DNA of 64,000 bases from contig CM060733.1 of assembly GCA_030704615.1 (NCBI GenBank), positions 60,078,001 to 60,142,000 on the forward strand, in the 5' to 3' direction. Both the position numbers and the translations under genes were made by a program. Source of the stretch: Takakia lepidozioides. Its lineage: Eukaryota > Plantae > Bryophyta. Below the pieces are notes generated by a model, which worked only from the letters and a program-made list of their open reading frames with translations, made no database searches and was not told the DNA's origin. Shown in pieces: positions 12,662 to 26,900 of the stretch (position 1 is its first letter; each line of letters starts with the position of its first letter).

Positions 12662-13946
12662 ATGGATCTCAATCTGCGCAGCGATACGCGCAGTTTTCTG
12701 CGTATGGAGGGGGAAGTCCCGCAGCGGAAGGTGAAGCTACAAACCATATGTCCACTAACTTACAGATGAGGTTATTTTGCCAGAGTGATCACCATGACAG
12801 AGAACTCACTATTACTTGGGTGTGTTGCAGGTGAAGGCTGAGTGTTTATTACATGGACAAAGTAAGACAGCTTTGGATTGCACGTACATATAGGAGGAGA
12901 AGACACGGCTCTTCTGAAATGTAAAGAGAGGGAAGAAAAAGACGATGATAGTTGCTAGTTGCTACCCTGGGGGTTGCCAAAGCATGACGTTCAACGAAGT
13001 GTCAGCAAGGCACAGTGACAGTCGGCTCTCAGCTTTTGGGCTCAACAGTACCTTATGGAAATGGTGATGACAGATGGAATACTTGGAAAGGAATACCACT
13101 TCCATAACATGCCAATGCCCTTAACGTGTATTGACTGGTTGATGGACCTCTTTATAAAGACCCTCCAGCCTTGTTCAGGGGCAATGCTACCATGTTTAGA
13201 CATCTTGAAGTGTTCTTCGAACTGGAAATTTACAACATGTCCTCCTGTCTACATCATTTACAACTGAGCTTCCTAGAGTGCAAGTGTGAAGATTTTAGCT
13301 AGTACCATGCAAACTGGGGAACACTTTACCCCTAGTCGCAAAGCAACCTTCACAAAGAGGAACCACTTAAAATGAAATGATAGGAGCCGATCACCCCCTG
13401 CGTGCACCGTGGAAACTGCACTGAAAAATCAATGCGAGCCGTCGTTCCTCCACTTTTACCTCACGTCAATAGCACCCTCATGCAAGTCTGCCGTCGTCTA
13501 TATCATGACCCTTCTATGTCATTACCTCTTCTACATCATGAGGCTCGGTACTACATGGAGTGAGAGATAACATAAGTCTGCTTGCTGTAACCTTGTAGAC
13601 ATTTACAAGGAGGGCAGTCCAGGTTACACAGACAGGACAGGAAAGCTGAGACCTTGGTGTCTGAACTCTGATGATCCTCCAGAAGCCATTTTACCGGGCA
13701 GATCAGAACAGCAGGAATAATGCAGGGGCTAATAACTGTGATTGTAGGTGAACAAGAACTACTGTGGGCTTACAGGACAGAGGGCCAAACAAGGAGCCAC
13801 CAGATTATGGACTCTCTTGGTCATATTCAGATGTCCCCCCACCCTTCCCAGCCTTCTGTGATGGTGGGAATGCCAAAGTGCACCGTGACCATAGAATCTA
13901 TCCGGTGTGCAAAGATCCAGACCACTCATACCTCAAACAAGAATAA
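12662..13946 (+). other. Possible small multi-exon gene of unknown function
   Basis: CT-rich leader 12588-12635, ATG at 12662 with phase-0 donor at 12731, acceptor TGTTGCAG at 12830, donor GTAAGA at 12872, protein-like terminal ORF DRGPNKEPPDYGLSWSYSDVPPP; I could not assemble a full open model. Confidence 0.25.
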
Positions 13947-14125
13947 CCTCTTGCAGGCCTAGATAACAGCACCCATTTAAGAGTGACACACATGTTAGCA
14001 AGCATATCACACAATGAATCTGTGGATTGATGAATGTGTCGATGTGTGGATGCTCTCAATGCTCTCATCCCGGCTACAGCAGATGGCTGCGTGACAAAAT
14101 TGTGTGCTCTGGGTTGCGAGGCAAG

Positions 14126-16830
14126 TTACTCAGATTCTCTGGTGACCCTAGCCCGTAGCTTGTATGGAGCACGACTTGGGGGTAAACCTGACATGTAGCG
14201 GGTATTGAAGTCATCATCCACACATGCCAACATCGACGCCAGGCTCGTCACTATTTTCTTCTCTTTCAGCTTCTCATGTCGGGGCCTTATCCGCTTCTCC
14301 AGGCTGTAACCAAAATACTACACACATCCAACCTTGCAAGTCAGTCACTTTCACATAAAAGCGACAAAGAAAACAGAAAAAATGACACGAGGAGAGAGAG
14401 AGAGAGAATGTACTCATAAGACGTTGTTTAGACAGAGAGAGAGTTGTCAGTGACCGTTCCCTGCAAACATTGGCTATCAAATATCCTCAACGGCATAGTT
14501 GTCACAGGAACCTAGCCCTCCTGGAGCAATTTGTAGGGAGTCAGCCCACCATGTGGTACTTATGAGAGTATACTGGAAGTTGTCAGGGTGCTAGAGCAAA
14601 GCCAATGCATATTCAATTATAGGAGTTCAGTTTTGATGTACGAACTGTCACTGATGCTGCCCTAGGGAGCAAGAAAAAGATTCCAGAATGTTGCTAGCTG
14701 GAAATAGATGTGGTGGTTGCATTGCCAGTTGTGCTGTCAAAGAAGAAAAGCGGAGAGAGAGAAAGACAAGGAGAGAGAATTGTATGCTTGCCTGAGGGAA
14801 GTCGACCACCTCATCTATGGAGCGGTGCATATCATTAACAAGATAGCTGTACTTTGGCTCAAGGGAACCATCAATGCTCTGACCCAACATAGAGGGGAAC
14901 AGCACAACCATGTTCGCAATGGCAGGCTTAGTGATCCAGCCTGAAAAGAAGCTAAACTTTGGACGAAGGTTTTTCTCGATACTGCAACATAGAATCTGTG
15001 CGTTGCGAACCAGCAGCATCTCTATGTCCCGCTCCCCGTTCAGCCCAATGCTACGAAAAAACTCCACCACTGGTTTCAGCTTTCCTCCCACATTCAGCGT
15101 CAGCACCTGTCATACCTCCCCTCCACCTTCAGATTTTCACCTGGCAGACGTAGTGACTCCATTCTTGCCAGTATATGTAAGAGAAAAATACCATTAGCGC
15201 AGCATTAGCCTGTCAATGTTGTGGTTAACAACAACATGAACGTGAAGGACTCCTGCGTTATAGCAATTACTCTATTCTAAAGGCCTCATACTGACCACCA
15301 TAAGAACACAAACACATCAACCAAGCAACAATCACCCCATGTGCAATTGGGTTTGAGCAAGGAATGTGGAGAGAGACCTGGGGTGAAGTTGTAATGACTT
15401 TGCCCAGCGATTCAGGTTTGACACCAAGCTTCAGGATGTAGTCCACCGTTGGCTCCAGGCCTGGGATGGTGTAGCCAAGCAGCTGTGGACGCCGCAGGAT
15501 GACCTTGCCAAGATCCTCGCGCTTCACCCCCAGTGAAACTAAATAATTCACAATTGGGTACATTTTGCGTTCAGGGTCCAGGACCAGCACCTCAGCATAT
15601 CGCCTCACCAGCTTCGACACATCGCGTGAGCGCATTAAGGTCTGTAGATATTGCGCCGTTAAGGTTCTGTAGATATTGCGCCGTCGTTTTCATGCTGTCA
15701 AGGTTGTAGTTCAAGATGTTGGGCCGCCTTGCCACTGCTTGCCTCACGCTCCTGCTTCCAGACCTTCACTCAAAATAAACTCTACTTTTGAATGCAGATT
15801 CTTGTACGTCGCCTCTGAAAACAGCTCCGCCACCTTTAGCAGAATGCGCACAAGATCATCCCGTGGCACACCTGCCTGCAATAGGCATTCTATACTGTGC
15901 TGGATCCGCTCCATGGGATGACTCAGTAGCTGTGGTCGCCTGGCAAATATGACTGGCACCTGATCTGGGAAAACACCCACTGCCACTAAGTAGGTTCCAC
16001 TTGTCTCACCTGCTGCACTGGGCAGAGGAGGAGTGGTGGCCATTGCAAACACATGCTTGCCACTGTTCCACGCTCAAGGCCCAGCCCAATCAAGCACATG
16101 TGGAGCTGATCAACCTCCGGCCCCTGTGCCCGCAGCACACCAACGTCTTTGGCCCCGCGTAGGCAATGTCAGTGCCCTTGAGCCCTAGCCGCTGTAGTGA
16201 ACCCATCCACTCATCAACCTGTTCCTCAGTCATGCCCATGACCTGCTCCAAACACCTGGCAAGTGCCGAATTGCGAATTCCTAATGCCTCAAGACTTCGC
16301 CCCAAATGCTGGCCCCCCAAATCAACCTTCTTCTCAACCACAAGAGTTACCTTATCTTCCACCACACTTACCTTTGGCACACATGTAGTAGGTGGCTTGG
16401 CCACCCTTTTTCTCTCATGGGCTGTTTCACCAGTCTGCGCAGACCAGCCCGCGACAAGCTCCATTGACACCTCCTCCACCCTTGACCCTTTCATTACAGC
16501 CTGACACCAGACCTGCACGCACAGTTTAACTCCATACAAGTGGTTCTTCCTCTTACCAACCAGTGATCTTCTGTTCTCTGACAACCTGGAGATAAATTGG
16601 GAAGCCAAACAATCGTGCTGGATGGCTGCATAATGCCTTTCAGCCATGCCTGGACGCTCTAAAATCTTGCTTCCTCTGTCCCAGCCTGGACTTGGCGACT
16701 GTGTAATGTGCAGTCTAAAGACAGTAACAATAGGCGGTTGGGAACATCCCGGCCTCTCAGTGGGCACCCATGTCTGATCCTTGTGCCTGCTGACTGAAAC
16801 TATGCCACCAGTTGTGATGGCACCCGCCAT
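14126..16830 (-). pseudogene. mTERF-family gene with several frameshifts (pseudogene or locally mis-polished assembly); exons approx. 16830-16115, 16009-15378, 15106-14792, 14317-14126
   Basis: Repeated mTERF motifs (RRPQLL, VDYILKLGVK, FPSMLGQSI, FPQ|YFGYSLEKRIRPRH); in-frame TGA near 15744, 24/25-bp tandem duplication 15636-15684, GC-AG last intron. Confidence 0.8.
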
Positions 16831-19800
16831 TTTCTCACTTCATGCGCACTGGTCCCTTTCCTTACTTCCCTCCGCACTCCTTTCTCGTTGGTGCATTACC
16901 TGTCAGTAACACCCTCTCCTGGCTTCCATAAGCTGTATCTCTGTGCAGGGTTCAGTCACTGCATAGCGCCCACACACACACACTCAATAACCAACCAGCC
17001 GCAGTATCAACGGCTCCCCCCTCCCCCTTAAGCTTTATCCACGTTTTGAAATGAACGCAGCATTGAACTCCCCGCATGGAAGCAAACTCGAGAAAAATCA
17101 CAACTTCAGACACACCGCCTCCAAGAAACGGCACCGAATGGTTGATTTTACGTTCACAGGAGTTGACTGCAATGAAGCATACATTCTGCTGCATTTGGAA
17201 TCCAAGACCATCTTACAACCATCAGAGATCTCACTTCAACTTTTCTTGAAAAACCTCACACTCTACACGCTAAGCTAAATAGCTTGGCCTACCTGTCTTC
17301 TGCTACCCGTTTCCCCTTGCAGGCCTTACAGCATACTCCGACACCATGTCGAGGCCTCACAATTCATGCCCCCGCCGCATTCATCTCTTCCAGAATTCCC
17401 CGTCACACAGCCTGCCTCCCCCATTACAGGATTGCAGCTCAACACTTTGAAGGGGCCCAAATAAAATTCAGGGAGATTCACATCTGACGGAAAAATCCCC
17501 ATTTCCCCCAAGGCACTAGCTGGACACGATGCACATCATATCAAAAGCAGGATGCACAAAAAAAGGTTTAAGCAAACAACAGCATCAAGCGCACATCCGT
17601 GAGCAGGGGCACTCTCCCCACATGATAAGCCAGGAGAGAAGATCCACTTACCGTTGGGCTTCACTGCTGTGCAGGCATCCGCCATCGCCACAAACTCGTA
17701 TAAACAATCCGCAATGCAGAGTGTAGAGTGTGGCAAGTAAGACGGAGCGCTGGATAGCGTCGATACGCCTACTACGCTATCCTGTTAGTGACGTACGACA
17801 CTCACTAACCCTCTTCTCCATTTTTACTATATTTTTTAAAAACAAGCTGTTAACTGCAATATTGAAAGTTCCGACTCAGGGCCACTAAATAAAACTGTTA
17901 ACCAGAATGTTTTTTAGTAATAGATTTTTGTTTACAGAACAGGGGACAGTGGCCCTTGGGAATTTTATTGATAAGGTAAGGAAAAAATAACCTTCCAAAA
18001 AGCCATGAAGGCAGAGGAACGAGGTAAACCAGTAACATAATAGAGAGGATCACAGCAAAGAACAGGCATAGGTGCTGGGAGGTCAGAGAAGCACCACAGA
18101 AGCCAGAATAAGAGAAGTCCTGAAGAATTAAGATAAGGAAACATATAACATTCAAGGGCCTAGGCTGTTCCCTGTTTTAAATTTAAATTTTTTAATTACT
18201 AATTCCGATTTGTGAATAGTGATATCTACTTTCATCCAGAATAAACTTGAGAATTCATCAATTTATTCTTCATAAATAGTTCAATAAGAGAGATGTTACC
18301 TGAGGGAGGTGTTACCTGGAGGCACCAGTAGTAGTTTTCAGCAAAGGAGATGAGGTGACACATGAGGAAGGCACAACAAGGGCTTAGCGATTTTCGACAC
18401 TGATGAGTAGTCTCCTCTTTAAAATATAGAGAAGCCAATAGGTAAACCATATAACCAAAACCGTGTATGCAAGGAGGCTAGTATGAGTGACAAGAATGTG
18501 GCTCAACACTAGAGGAGAGGAATTAGTTCCGATTTACATCAAGTAGAGTCAAAATCCTTTGAATCTATTAATCGGATTTGCATCTTGGCTTGGCCTGGCT
18601 TTGCACTTGATCTGAAGGCCAACAATTTAATCCTACTTGGCGTCTACATGGCGATGACTTGGGGCTAAGACTTATTATTCCCTCATGGGTTTACAGTTTA
18701 CACACGGTATTTTTAGCAAATGAAACATTATATTATTTTGAAGTTTCATAGGACAATGAAGGGGCTGGATAGAGTAAAAGAAGGGGGAAACAATTATATG
18801 ATGCCTCCTCCGAAGGGAGCGTTAATTATGGTGTCTCTTGACCCCGGAATTCCGGCGGGAAGGTGGACACCTTTGTGACCCAATTGGTGGAATGAACCCG
18901 GAACCACTGCCAAGGTGGAATGTGCCCATTACCGTAGGCTACAACTTGGTTGTCAAGGCCAAATGAAATCTTGGCCTCAACCCCTAATATAAAGTGGTGG
19001 TCCTTATCTTTCTTCAACTCGAGAGAGATGACTCTTACAATTGCATTCATAGTGTAGTATATGCTAGTATTCATTTGGTATTCGTTATACTTGCCAAATG
19101 ACAAATTTAATATATATATATATATATATACTTTCAATCACATTTGAATTTAATCAGGGTCAACCGTGAGTGTAGGCCGTATGGCAGCCTATGGGCATCA
19201 AGGGTTTTAATTTTTTTCCCTTCAATAATTCTAATAAAATTACAACCAGGTATAAAAGCCTGCTGGCTCCCTTTCTCCCCCCTCTCTCTTCGGCATCCTC
19301 CCCTTTCTGATCTTTGGCTACTGTGTGTCCCCATGTGTTACGCTTTTCGGCTCCGCAGAGGTTATTTTTTCCTCCTTCTGTTCCTTCGTCTTTTTTAATA
19401 AAGATTTTTAGGGCCCTGTCCCCTATTCCCTAAAATTTAAAATTAAACTAAAATTATAAACATGAACAGCTGGCACGGTAAGAGCAGGCCTTTGTGGCCG
19501 GAGTAACCCCATCTTTGCTTTCTGGATATCTTTCCCATCTCATTGTTCTTCCTCATGGTTATGAGGATTATCCTTGCGTCCAAGCCTTATGGCAGCCTTG
19601 GGGCTTGTGTAAGGGTTATCATTTTTTTCCCCTTTAGTAAATATTAATATCGCTCTCAACTTAGCTCTTCCTCCCCTTAGAGCGCTTTAAATGCCCATAT
19701 TTAACCCTTAATTTCCCAAGCCCTTTTTGGTTTTTAAACAATTTGGGTACCCAGTAAATTGCCTCCAAAAACCAACCAAAAATCATCCATGATTCCAGCC

Positions 19801-19894
19801 ACATAGAAGTGGGCCCAACTCATTTATGCACAACATATCAAAAAATGAGCCAATTCCACTGTGGGAATTGTGAGATTATAACATTGGCCCGAAC

Positions 19895-20602
19895 CGGTGT
19901 TGGGCGTTTCTCTAGTTTTGGGTAGAACTGTGTCAAGGTAGGTTCTATCGTAAATAGAGAACATCCGGGCCGGGTACTTAAGAACATAGACAGTTAGAGA
20001 ACCTGGGTGGAGGGTAATTCTTCTGAGTTACATTTTCACGGGTATGTTTTATACCGGTTCTTTTTTGCAATTATCCGCCAAATCCGGTGGTCAGGTATAT
20101 GGGTATAGAACCGAGAGATGCCCCAGTTCCAAATCCTGGTTCTGAGTTCAAAAGTTATTATGGACAGAATAAATAAATAAATGTGCATGTATGAAATGGC
20201 CACAATTGTCAATAATTAAGCTCATTTTCTAGCACACTAACACTAACTTCCTAGATTGCTCTATTGGCCCGTTGGCATTCAGTTCTAGCATTTTTCACTA
20301 CCCTTCTTCTTCCTCAAGGCGTCCACGCTAACCTTAAGTATGACCCCCCCGCCCTTATACCCAAGGTATGTGTCGGGGTTGCTCCTTACCCTCCCTCTCA
20401 TTCCAACTCGTAGGTCAGGTTCTTATGGATACTAGCTATTAGAGAACCCCTGATTTGGTGAAGTTCACGGGTAATAGATTTTGGTATCCGCTGGTTCAAA
20501 TCTTGACTAGGGTATTTGAAATTTTTAAATCCCGAGGTTAAGGGGCTGTACCCAGGTCCGGACCGGGAGGTTCTTTCAAAACCAGATAACCGCCCAACAC
20601 CG
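19895..20602. mobile_element. Non-autonomous hAT-like MITE
   Basis: TIRs CGGTGTTGGGCG / CGCCCAACACCG, extendable imperfectly to about 26 bp; 8-bp TSD GCCCGAAC (19887-19894) / GCCCAAAC (20603-20610), one mismatch; internal GAACC/GGTTC motifs. Confidence 0.8.
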
Positions 20603-21669
20603 GCCCAAACCTCAAAAAATAGGTTTGACCAAATCAATACCTGGCTTTATCCAATTTTGCTTTCCCATACCCAACCATTTTCCAATCAGAGTGGAATGGC
20701 TACACCCCGTCTAAATTGCAGGTCCAACTGATTTTTTTTAACTATGGTTGCTTTGTATATAATTACATAGGGGTTAAAGTCAAAAAACATTGACAAGGGA
20801 AAATGTGCCTCCAAATGAAGTACTTTTTTTTCTACAAAAGCTCTAAAACCCAGCGGTGTATGTGTGTATGTGATGCTCACACACCACAAGACGAAGTGAG
20901 TTTTTTTTTTTTTTTTTTAAATTTTATGAACTTTATTAATTTTACAACTTTGGCTTGTTTACCTGCCACGTCAGCGGGTCACAAGCCCTTTACACTGCCA
21001 AAATCTGACATAGTTATCTTAGATATTTTCTGTAGGTGGTTTTTTCATTTTTCATTTTGCATCATATTGGAGACAAGTCCTTTGTCGTAAAAGCTTGAGG
21101 AGTGGGCCCCATCAGAGGAGATCAGCTGAAATTAGGTGGAAGTGGAAATTCAGAGCGACCCCATTCGGTCGCTTGGGAAATTAAGGGTTAAAGAGAACTT
21201 CTCCCCAACGTATCCATCCAGACTGATCAGATGTTCCAAAATAAATTAAAATCATAAAGAACAACAATAAGAACAGAAACAATTAAAATTGGAACATTAT
21301 TAACTAGAATATTTCTATCGATATAAGACATATATTCGACAATTGTCATGCTCGCAACACAACTACATCATTGTCTAGCCACATAACATAGTAATACACT
21401 ACAAAGAGTCATATCAAAAATCTGCTTCATCTCTATCGTGTAAATAACATGTATCAACTATCAACCCATATTAAATCCTCATTTGTCTTTTCCGTCACTA
21501 ATTATGTCTCTATTTCTGAGTTAGTTTCATACTGCACAAAAAATTATAAATAATTTGAAAACAAATTCAAAAATCAAAAATAAATAAATTGGATGTGAAA
21601 CTAGCTTTAACATAGTCATTTTATTGCAATATGTGATCTTCAATTGAATGTGCTTCTCATTGTTTAATA

Positions 21670-22271
21670 ATAGTGATTTCAATAGGGGCACGTGTGGTTG
21701 CGGCCGGGCCCGCATGTGGGAGAGGGGGTCGCGATGGGTGGGGCGCCCCGTACCCGGCAGGGTCAGTCATGCTGGGGTGAACCGCCCAAGGGCGCGAGTG
21801 GGGGAAGCGAGTCTGTTGGGCCCACAAAATATGTAGATAAATAATTAATTATTTCAAGGGTTTACAGAAAGCAACAGGGTAGTGTGGTGGTAAAGAGCAA
21901 TTTGTGATGAACGTGAGGTTTGGTAAGTGATATTGTGGTGGTAATGTGTGTTAATTATAAATATATATTTTGTTTGAGGAGGGTCTGAAGGTTGGAGTTA
22001 GGCGTTGGCCAGTTGGAGTCCGTTGGTCAGTCCGCTTGTCAATCGTCAATCTGCTGGTGAGTCCGCTCGCCAGTCGTCAGTTTGCTGGTTAGTCCACTAA
22101 GGAATCAGTCTCTTGAAGGGCTGGCCAGTCCGCTAGAAGGTCCGCCGCCGTTAAAGAATTAGGACTTAGAAAAAATTCAGAATCTAGACCCAGTGAAAGG
22201 GGGGTGGGTTCATGAGCTCACCCCATGGGCCGCCGTCCTGGCGGGGCCCATAGGCGCATTGAAATCGCTAT
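21670..22271. mobile_element. MITE-like element, possible TA target site
   Basis: Inverted termini ATAGTGATTTCAAT / ATTGAAATCGCTAT flanked by TA; GC-rich subterminal blocks and internal AGTCCGCT-like repeats. Confidence 0.5.
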
Positions 22272-23914
22272 TATCCTATAATGAGAGGCATTGAATGTGA
22301 GTTGGTTTTCTATTAGACGTTGACTATTGCCAAAGAAAGCATAATTCATGAAAGCAGAACTCCAAAGCGCTATTGTATTTTGTTAACCTCATAACGGACA
22401 TAACCGAGGCAATGTGGATCCCCAACCCTCCCCGAAGGATTTAAAACATCCCTATGTACCCACGCATTATGTAATTGATTCATCCAGTTGTAATCCTCTT
22501 TTCTATAGCAGGGTTGGTCAGAATGGCTGACATCTAACATACACCTATATAGAGCTTTGAACCCACAACCATTTTGTGTCCTAACCATTAGGTCATTTGT
22601 TGGATGTCGTTTCCATTACCTAGACATTTGGGGGGTCTTCGTCAACATCAACATTGTCTCGTCGTGTTCGCTATCTTTGTCCAAAATGACAAAAAATATT
22701 AATGTATTATTCTCTTATCATGGTAGTAACAAGCGGTTAGTCCCGTAATGGCTCCACCCTAAAATTCATTTCCTTAAAATTTTATATTGAAATAAGATAA
22801 TCACATATTCAAACTATATTTCAAACATGTTCTGCATAAGAGACAAAAATATTTATTCACCTATTTATAAAGCCTGGGATATAGGCATTGGCAGAACTTA
22901 TTGATTTATGAATTAAATATTGATGTATGATATTACAAAACTGATCTTCGGATTTACTAATTATGAAAATATTAAAATGCTTGTTGAAATACTAACTGAA
23001 ATGTTGAAATACTTGTCAAAGAACTAGCTGAAATATTAAAATACTTGCTGAGAAATCTGGCTGAAATACTGAAATACTTACTGAAAATCTTCATTGAAAT
23101 AATGAAATACTGAAATTTTGATGTACTGAAATATTATGATATGGTTATAGAATGTGATGTCACTCTTTAATCTGCAGACACTGCCCTTACCAAAGTGGTG
23201 TACTATTTCTATCCCTTGATATTAGAATTTAGGTTGTGACGTTGTGACACTCCTATCGTAATGGGAGTAAAGTATGCTAGAAGTACATAATCTTTTCTCA
23301 TGAACTACTGCCTAATCATTGTGTGTAAGCATTTCGTTTATCCAAGTGAATGACACCCTATCTGGCTGCCCCTCATTCTCACTCAAAGGCAGAATAGGGG
23401 CAGAATCACAGAGATTGTTTAGAGCATTCTCACACCCCGCAAAAACCCTATTGCTGTTATGACACCCAAGATACCCTAGAGCAGCTATCTTTCACTTGCA
23501 TTCTCTTTTGAAGGAAGAATCACATAGATAGGTAGTGTCTTCCCCCCACATTCAATGAAAAACCCTACTACTATCGTGACAACCCCTTAAAACCCAGGAG
23601 CAACACCCTTTCATAACCCACAATGCTGGTGCCAAAGAAACATGAACAATATCATACTACACACTTTGTATTTCCAGGTTATTGCTAAGCCTCCCCTCAA
23701 TCAGCACTCCAAGTGACAACTACATTGTCTCACTTTCTCTCAACACTTATCTGGTCTGAAAATCATCATAAACTTCATTCCTTTTACCAAATATTATTTC
23801 TTCCTTCGGACTTTCTAATCCTAAAACCAAGTCACAAATAAAAGAAGAAGCAAAGCAATTGAACTTAGCTGGTTTATATTCCTTTCAAGCAGTGGAATTC
23901 AAGTGGCTAGACCA

Positions 23915-26900
23915 CCTGGGGGGTGCACTCCAGCCAGTATGTACCAGCCACGTGCGTGCACAGGAGGGGGTATTTTAAACCCCCCCCCCATGTACAACAT
24001 TATACATACATGGGGGGGGGTTTAAAACACCTTAAATATAATATTACAGGAGGGGGTTGATAAGTTTTAAAGGGTAGTCTAGTGGTAAGGACGTTATTTG
24101 GGTCGTGATACACCGCGGGATCAAATCACGGGATCATTCTTTTTGTTTGTTTTTTTTCCTTTCTTTCTCCCCGCGATCTTTCTCCCCTTCCCTCCCGCGG
24201 GCTCTCTTCTTCCTCCCCTCCTCTCCTCGCCTCTCCTCTCCCCTCCTCTCCCGCGTTCTTGGGAGAGTCAGCTTGGTCTTAGCAGGTCGTTTCAATATTT
24301 GCCTGCTCAGCTGCACCGTGGTGGTTCTCAAAGACCAATCCGACATTACTTGACTACAGACACCAGCAGCTCACAGAAGAGAGGTCATTTTGGGTTGATG
24401 GGAGGTCAAATCCTCCATGGGTCATGACACAATGTCAAGGACAACGTGGTGAGGGAACCTTCTTCTTCGACCTATTTCAGCCTGTTTTGCCCTCTCATCA
24501 GACTCGGCCCTGAATTTGCAGCACGGAGCAGATCCTTCACGATTGTGGGACAACTGCAATCGCAAAGTGTGGCGTTTTCTTAAGGTACGATGTGAAGAAG
24601 TTTGTCCATCCTGCAAATGCAGGCTCTTGCCTCCTGTTAGTACCCTGATTTGGTATTCTTCCTAATGTTTACAAGGTTCTTGGGAGAGTCAGCTTGGTCT
24701 TAGCAGGCCATGTTTCAATCTCTGTCTCTCAGCTGCACCGTGGTGGTTCTCACAGACCAATCCGACTTGCAATCGTCTGTCTAGAATTGCAGACCTATGT
24801 ACAGGAGCAGGAACTGGATCAATATGTGTGGTCACATCCAAGTTAGGAGTCTTTGAGGTATAGAATTCAGACCAAGAATCTGATTTCCCTGCTTTCTGAT
24901 CTGTGTCTCTGTGTTCTTGAACATGCTCAACTTGCCAGCTCCCAGCCAAACCATCAGCACAAATGCCAAGCCTCCATTTCCAGCCTTGCTTCAGACGCCG
25001 ACCACAGTCAAGAGCGAAGGAGCAACTTCCCAGCCATTGGCAAGCACCTCCCAGGTATCTGACGGCATTACATGGAACCCCAATAGCAACACCATGTTCA
25101 AAGCTGCTCTTCAACATGTGCTCTCTCCTTCTCCAATAAACACCAGAGACTGGATTCCTCTTAGTTAAACACCTGACCTTTTCTTCCATGTGCTTTTCAA
25201 TTTGCAGGTAAACAAGAAAGTTGGAAGACCTCCAGAATCGCGCACCATTGGTGATTGGCTGGCTGTAAGTCTAACTTCATGAATTTCTTGTTATTCTCAC
25301 ATTCATGACCTGTACATATACCTAGAATAAACATCTTGATGCCTAAGTAATCTATCCGTCTTTCTTCTTTACAAATAAGATAGGTGCTCCCGCGGGTGAT
25401 TTTGAATGTCGAATGAAATTCTTTGACAAATTTTCATCAATGTATTCGCGTAACCGTGCACTCTAGGGCAATCTGGAAGCAATGTCTGCAAATCGGACAA
25501 TCGTGTACAGAGTCAGGTCTGCTGGTTTGCCTTATATTCGAGAGTACGAGTTCCGATTGTGTTGTACATGTACCACATGTGCAGAAAACACTGAATTTAC
25601 CCCTGGATGCGCTGGTCCGTGGAGTGGAGAAGGAAGGCAATGACAACGAGCAGCTGGTCAGGCAGGTCGACAGTCTTGGGAGTATTATGGCATGGCCGAC
25701 CTTGTTGTCGCCCCTGCACTTAAAGCACAGAAAGAGCACTGAGTCCGTCACATCCGTAGACTCTTCATAAACTTTTTTTCTGCATGAATGCTCGTTCACA
25801 TGACTTCTACAAGCAGACTCTCTAGGATTTGACAATGTTGCATGTGGTCACACTCGCCAGAAATCAGGCTTTGAATGAGGGAGGTTTGCCATCAGGTTGG
25901 GCTTGGTATTTTGGTCATTGTCATAGCCTGGGTTGGATTGTTTAGGGGAAGTATAACTACAAGACACAAGCATCACACACAAGAGGTCCTTTTGGGTTGA
26001 TGGTCGGTCAAATCCTCCATGGGTCATGACACAAGGTCAAGGACAAGCTCCAGATTACCTATGATTCCCTGTGGAAGGATAGATACAAGAAACCTGCATG
26101 GGTAGATAATCAACTTGAAGCCGTAGAAGCAGCAGCACAATTGATAAAATCAGGCACTGCTGATGAAGGCACCTTCTTCAACACATTTCACCCTGTTTTC
26201 TCTTCCTATCAGAATCGGCCCTAAATTTTCATGTTGAATTCTGCAAGTTAGTTGGTTGAGTGAATCTAGGATAGTTTGGAATGACTTTGACATGATACTG
26301 CCAATGTGACAACAGGAAAGTATCCAGAAACAGGTAACAGAGACAAGGAGAAGCTGTGGAATGAATATTTTTCTAACCCCAGACAATGGTGGGACAACCG
26401 AGGCAAAAAGGTGAATGCCTATCAGATTACCAGATGTCATTCTGAACACTGCCCCTACCCTGGTGGACATGTATGCCAAATGTGGGTGCATCGCGGATGC
26501 CAAGGGATCAGTGTTCAACTCTATGGCTGAACGAGATGTGGTGTCGTGGAGTGCGATGCTTGCAGGGTATGCACAACAGGGGTGCGGGATGGAGGCTCCA
26601 ACCTTTGAGCAAATGATGGGGGAAGGGGTGAAGGCCGCCGACATAACGTTTGTGTGCGTTTGCAATGCGTATGGCAGCCCTGGAAAGGGCAAAGAGGTGC
26701 ATGGTTGCATCTCCAAAGCTGGAATTGTACCGGATGTGATTATGAACAATACCCTTGTGGACATGTATGCCATTGTGGGAGGATTGAGGATGCGGAGGGA
26801 GTGTTCAACACTATGGCTGAACGAGGTGGTGTCGTGGAACACGATTCATCCAACCGTTGCAACCCACTCCTTTGTATGTTTTTGATTTCTTAGGCTCAAA

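Noticed and set aside
25437-25835. RING/zinc-finger ORF (CFKC, CTC, CPICR)
   Set aside because: Cys spacing does not fit a RING, and the ORF end overlaps a gypsy RT fragment in another frame, so it is likely a chance product of the mosaic
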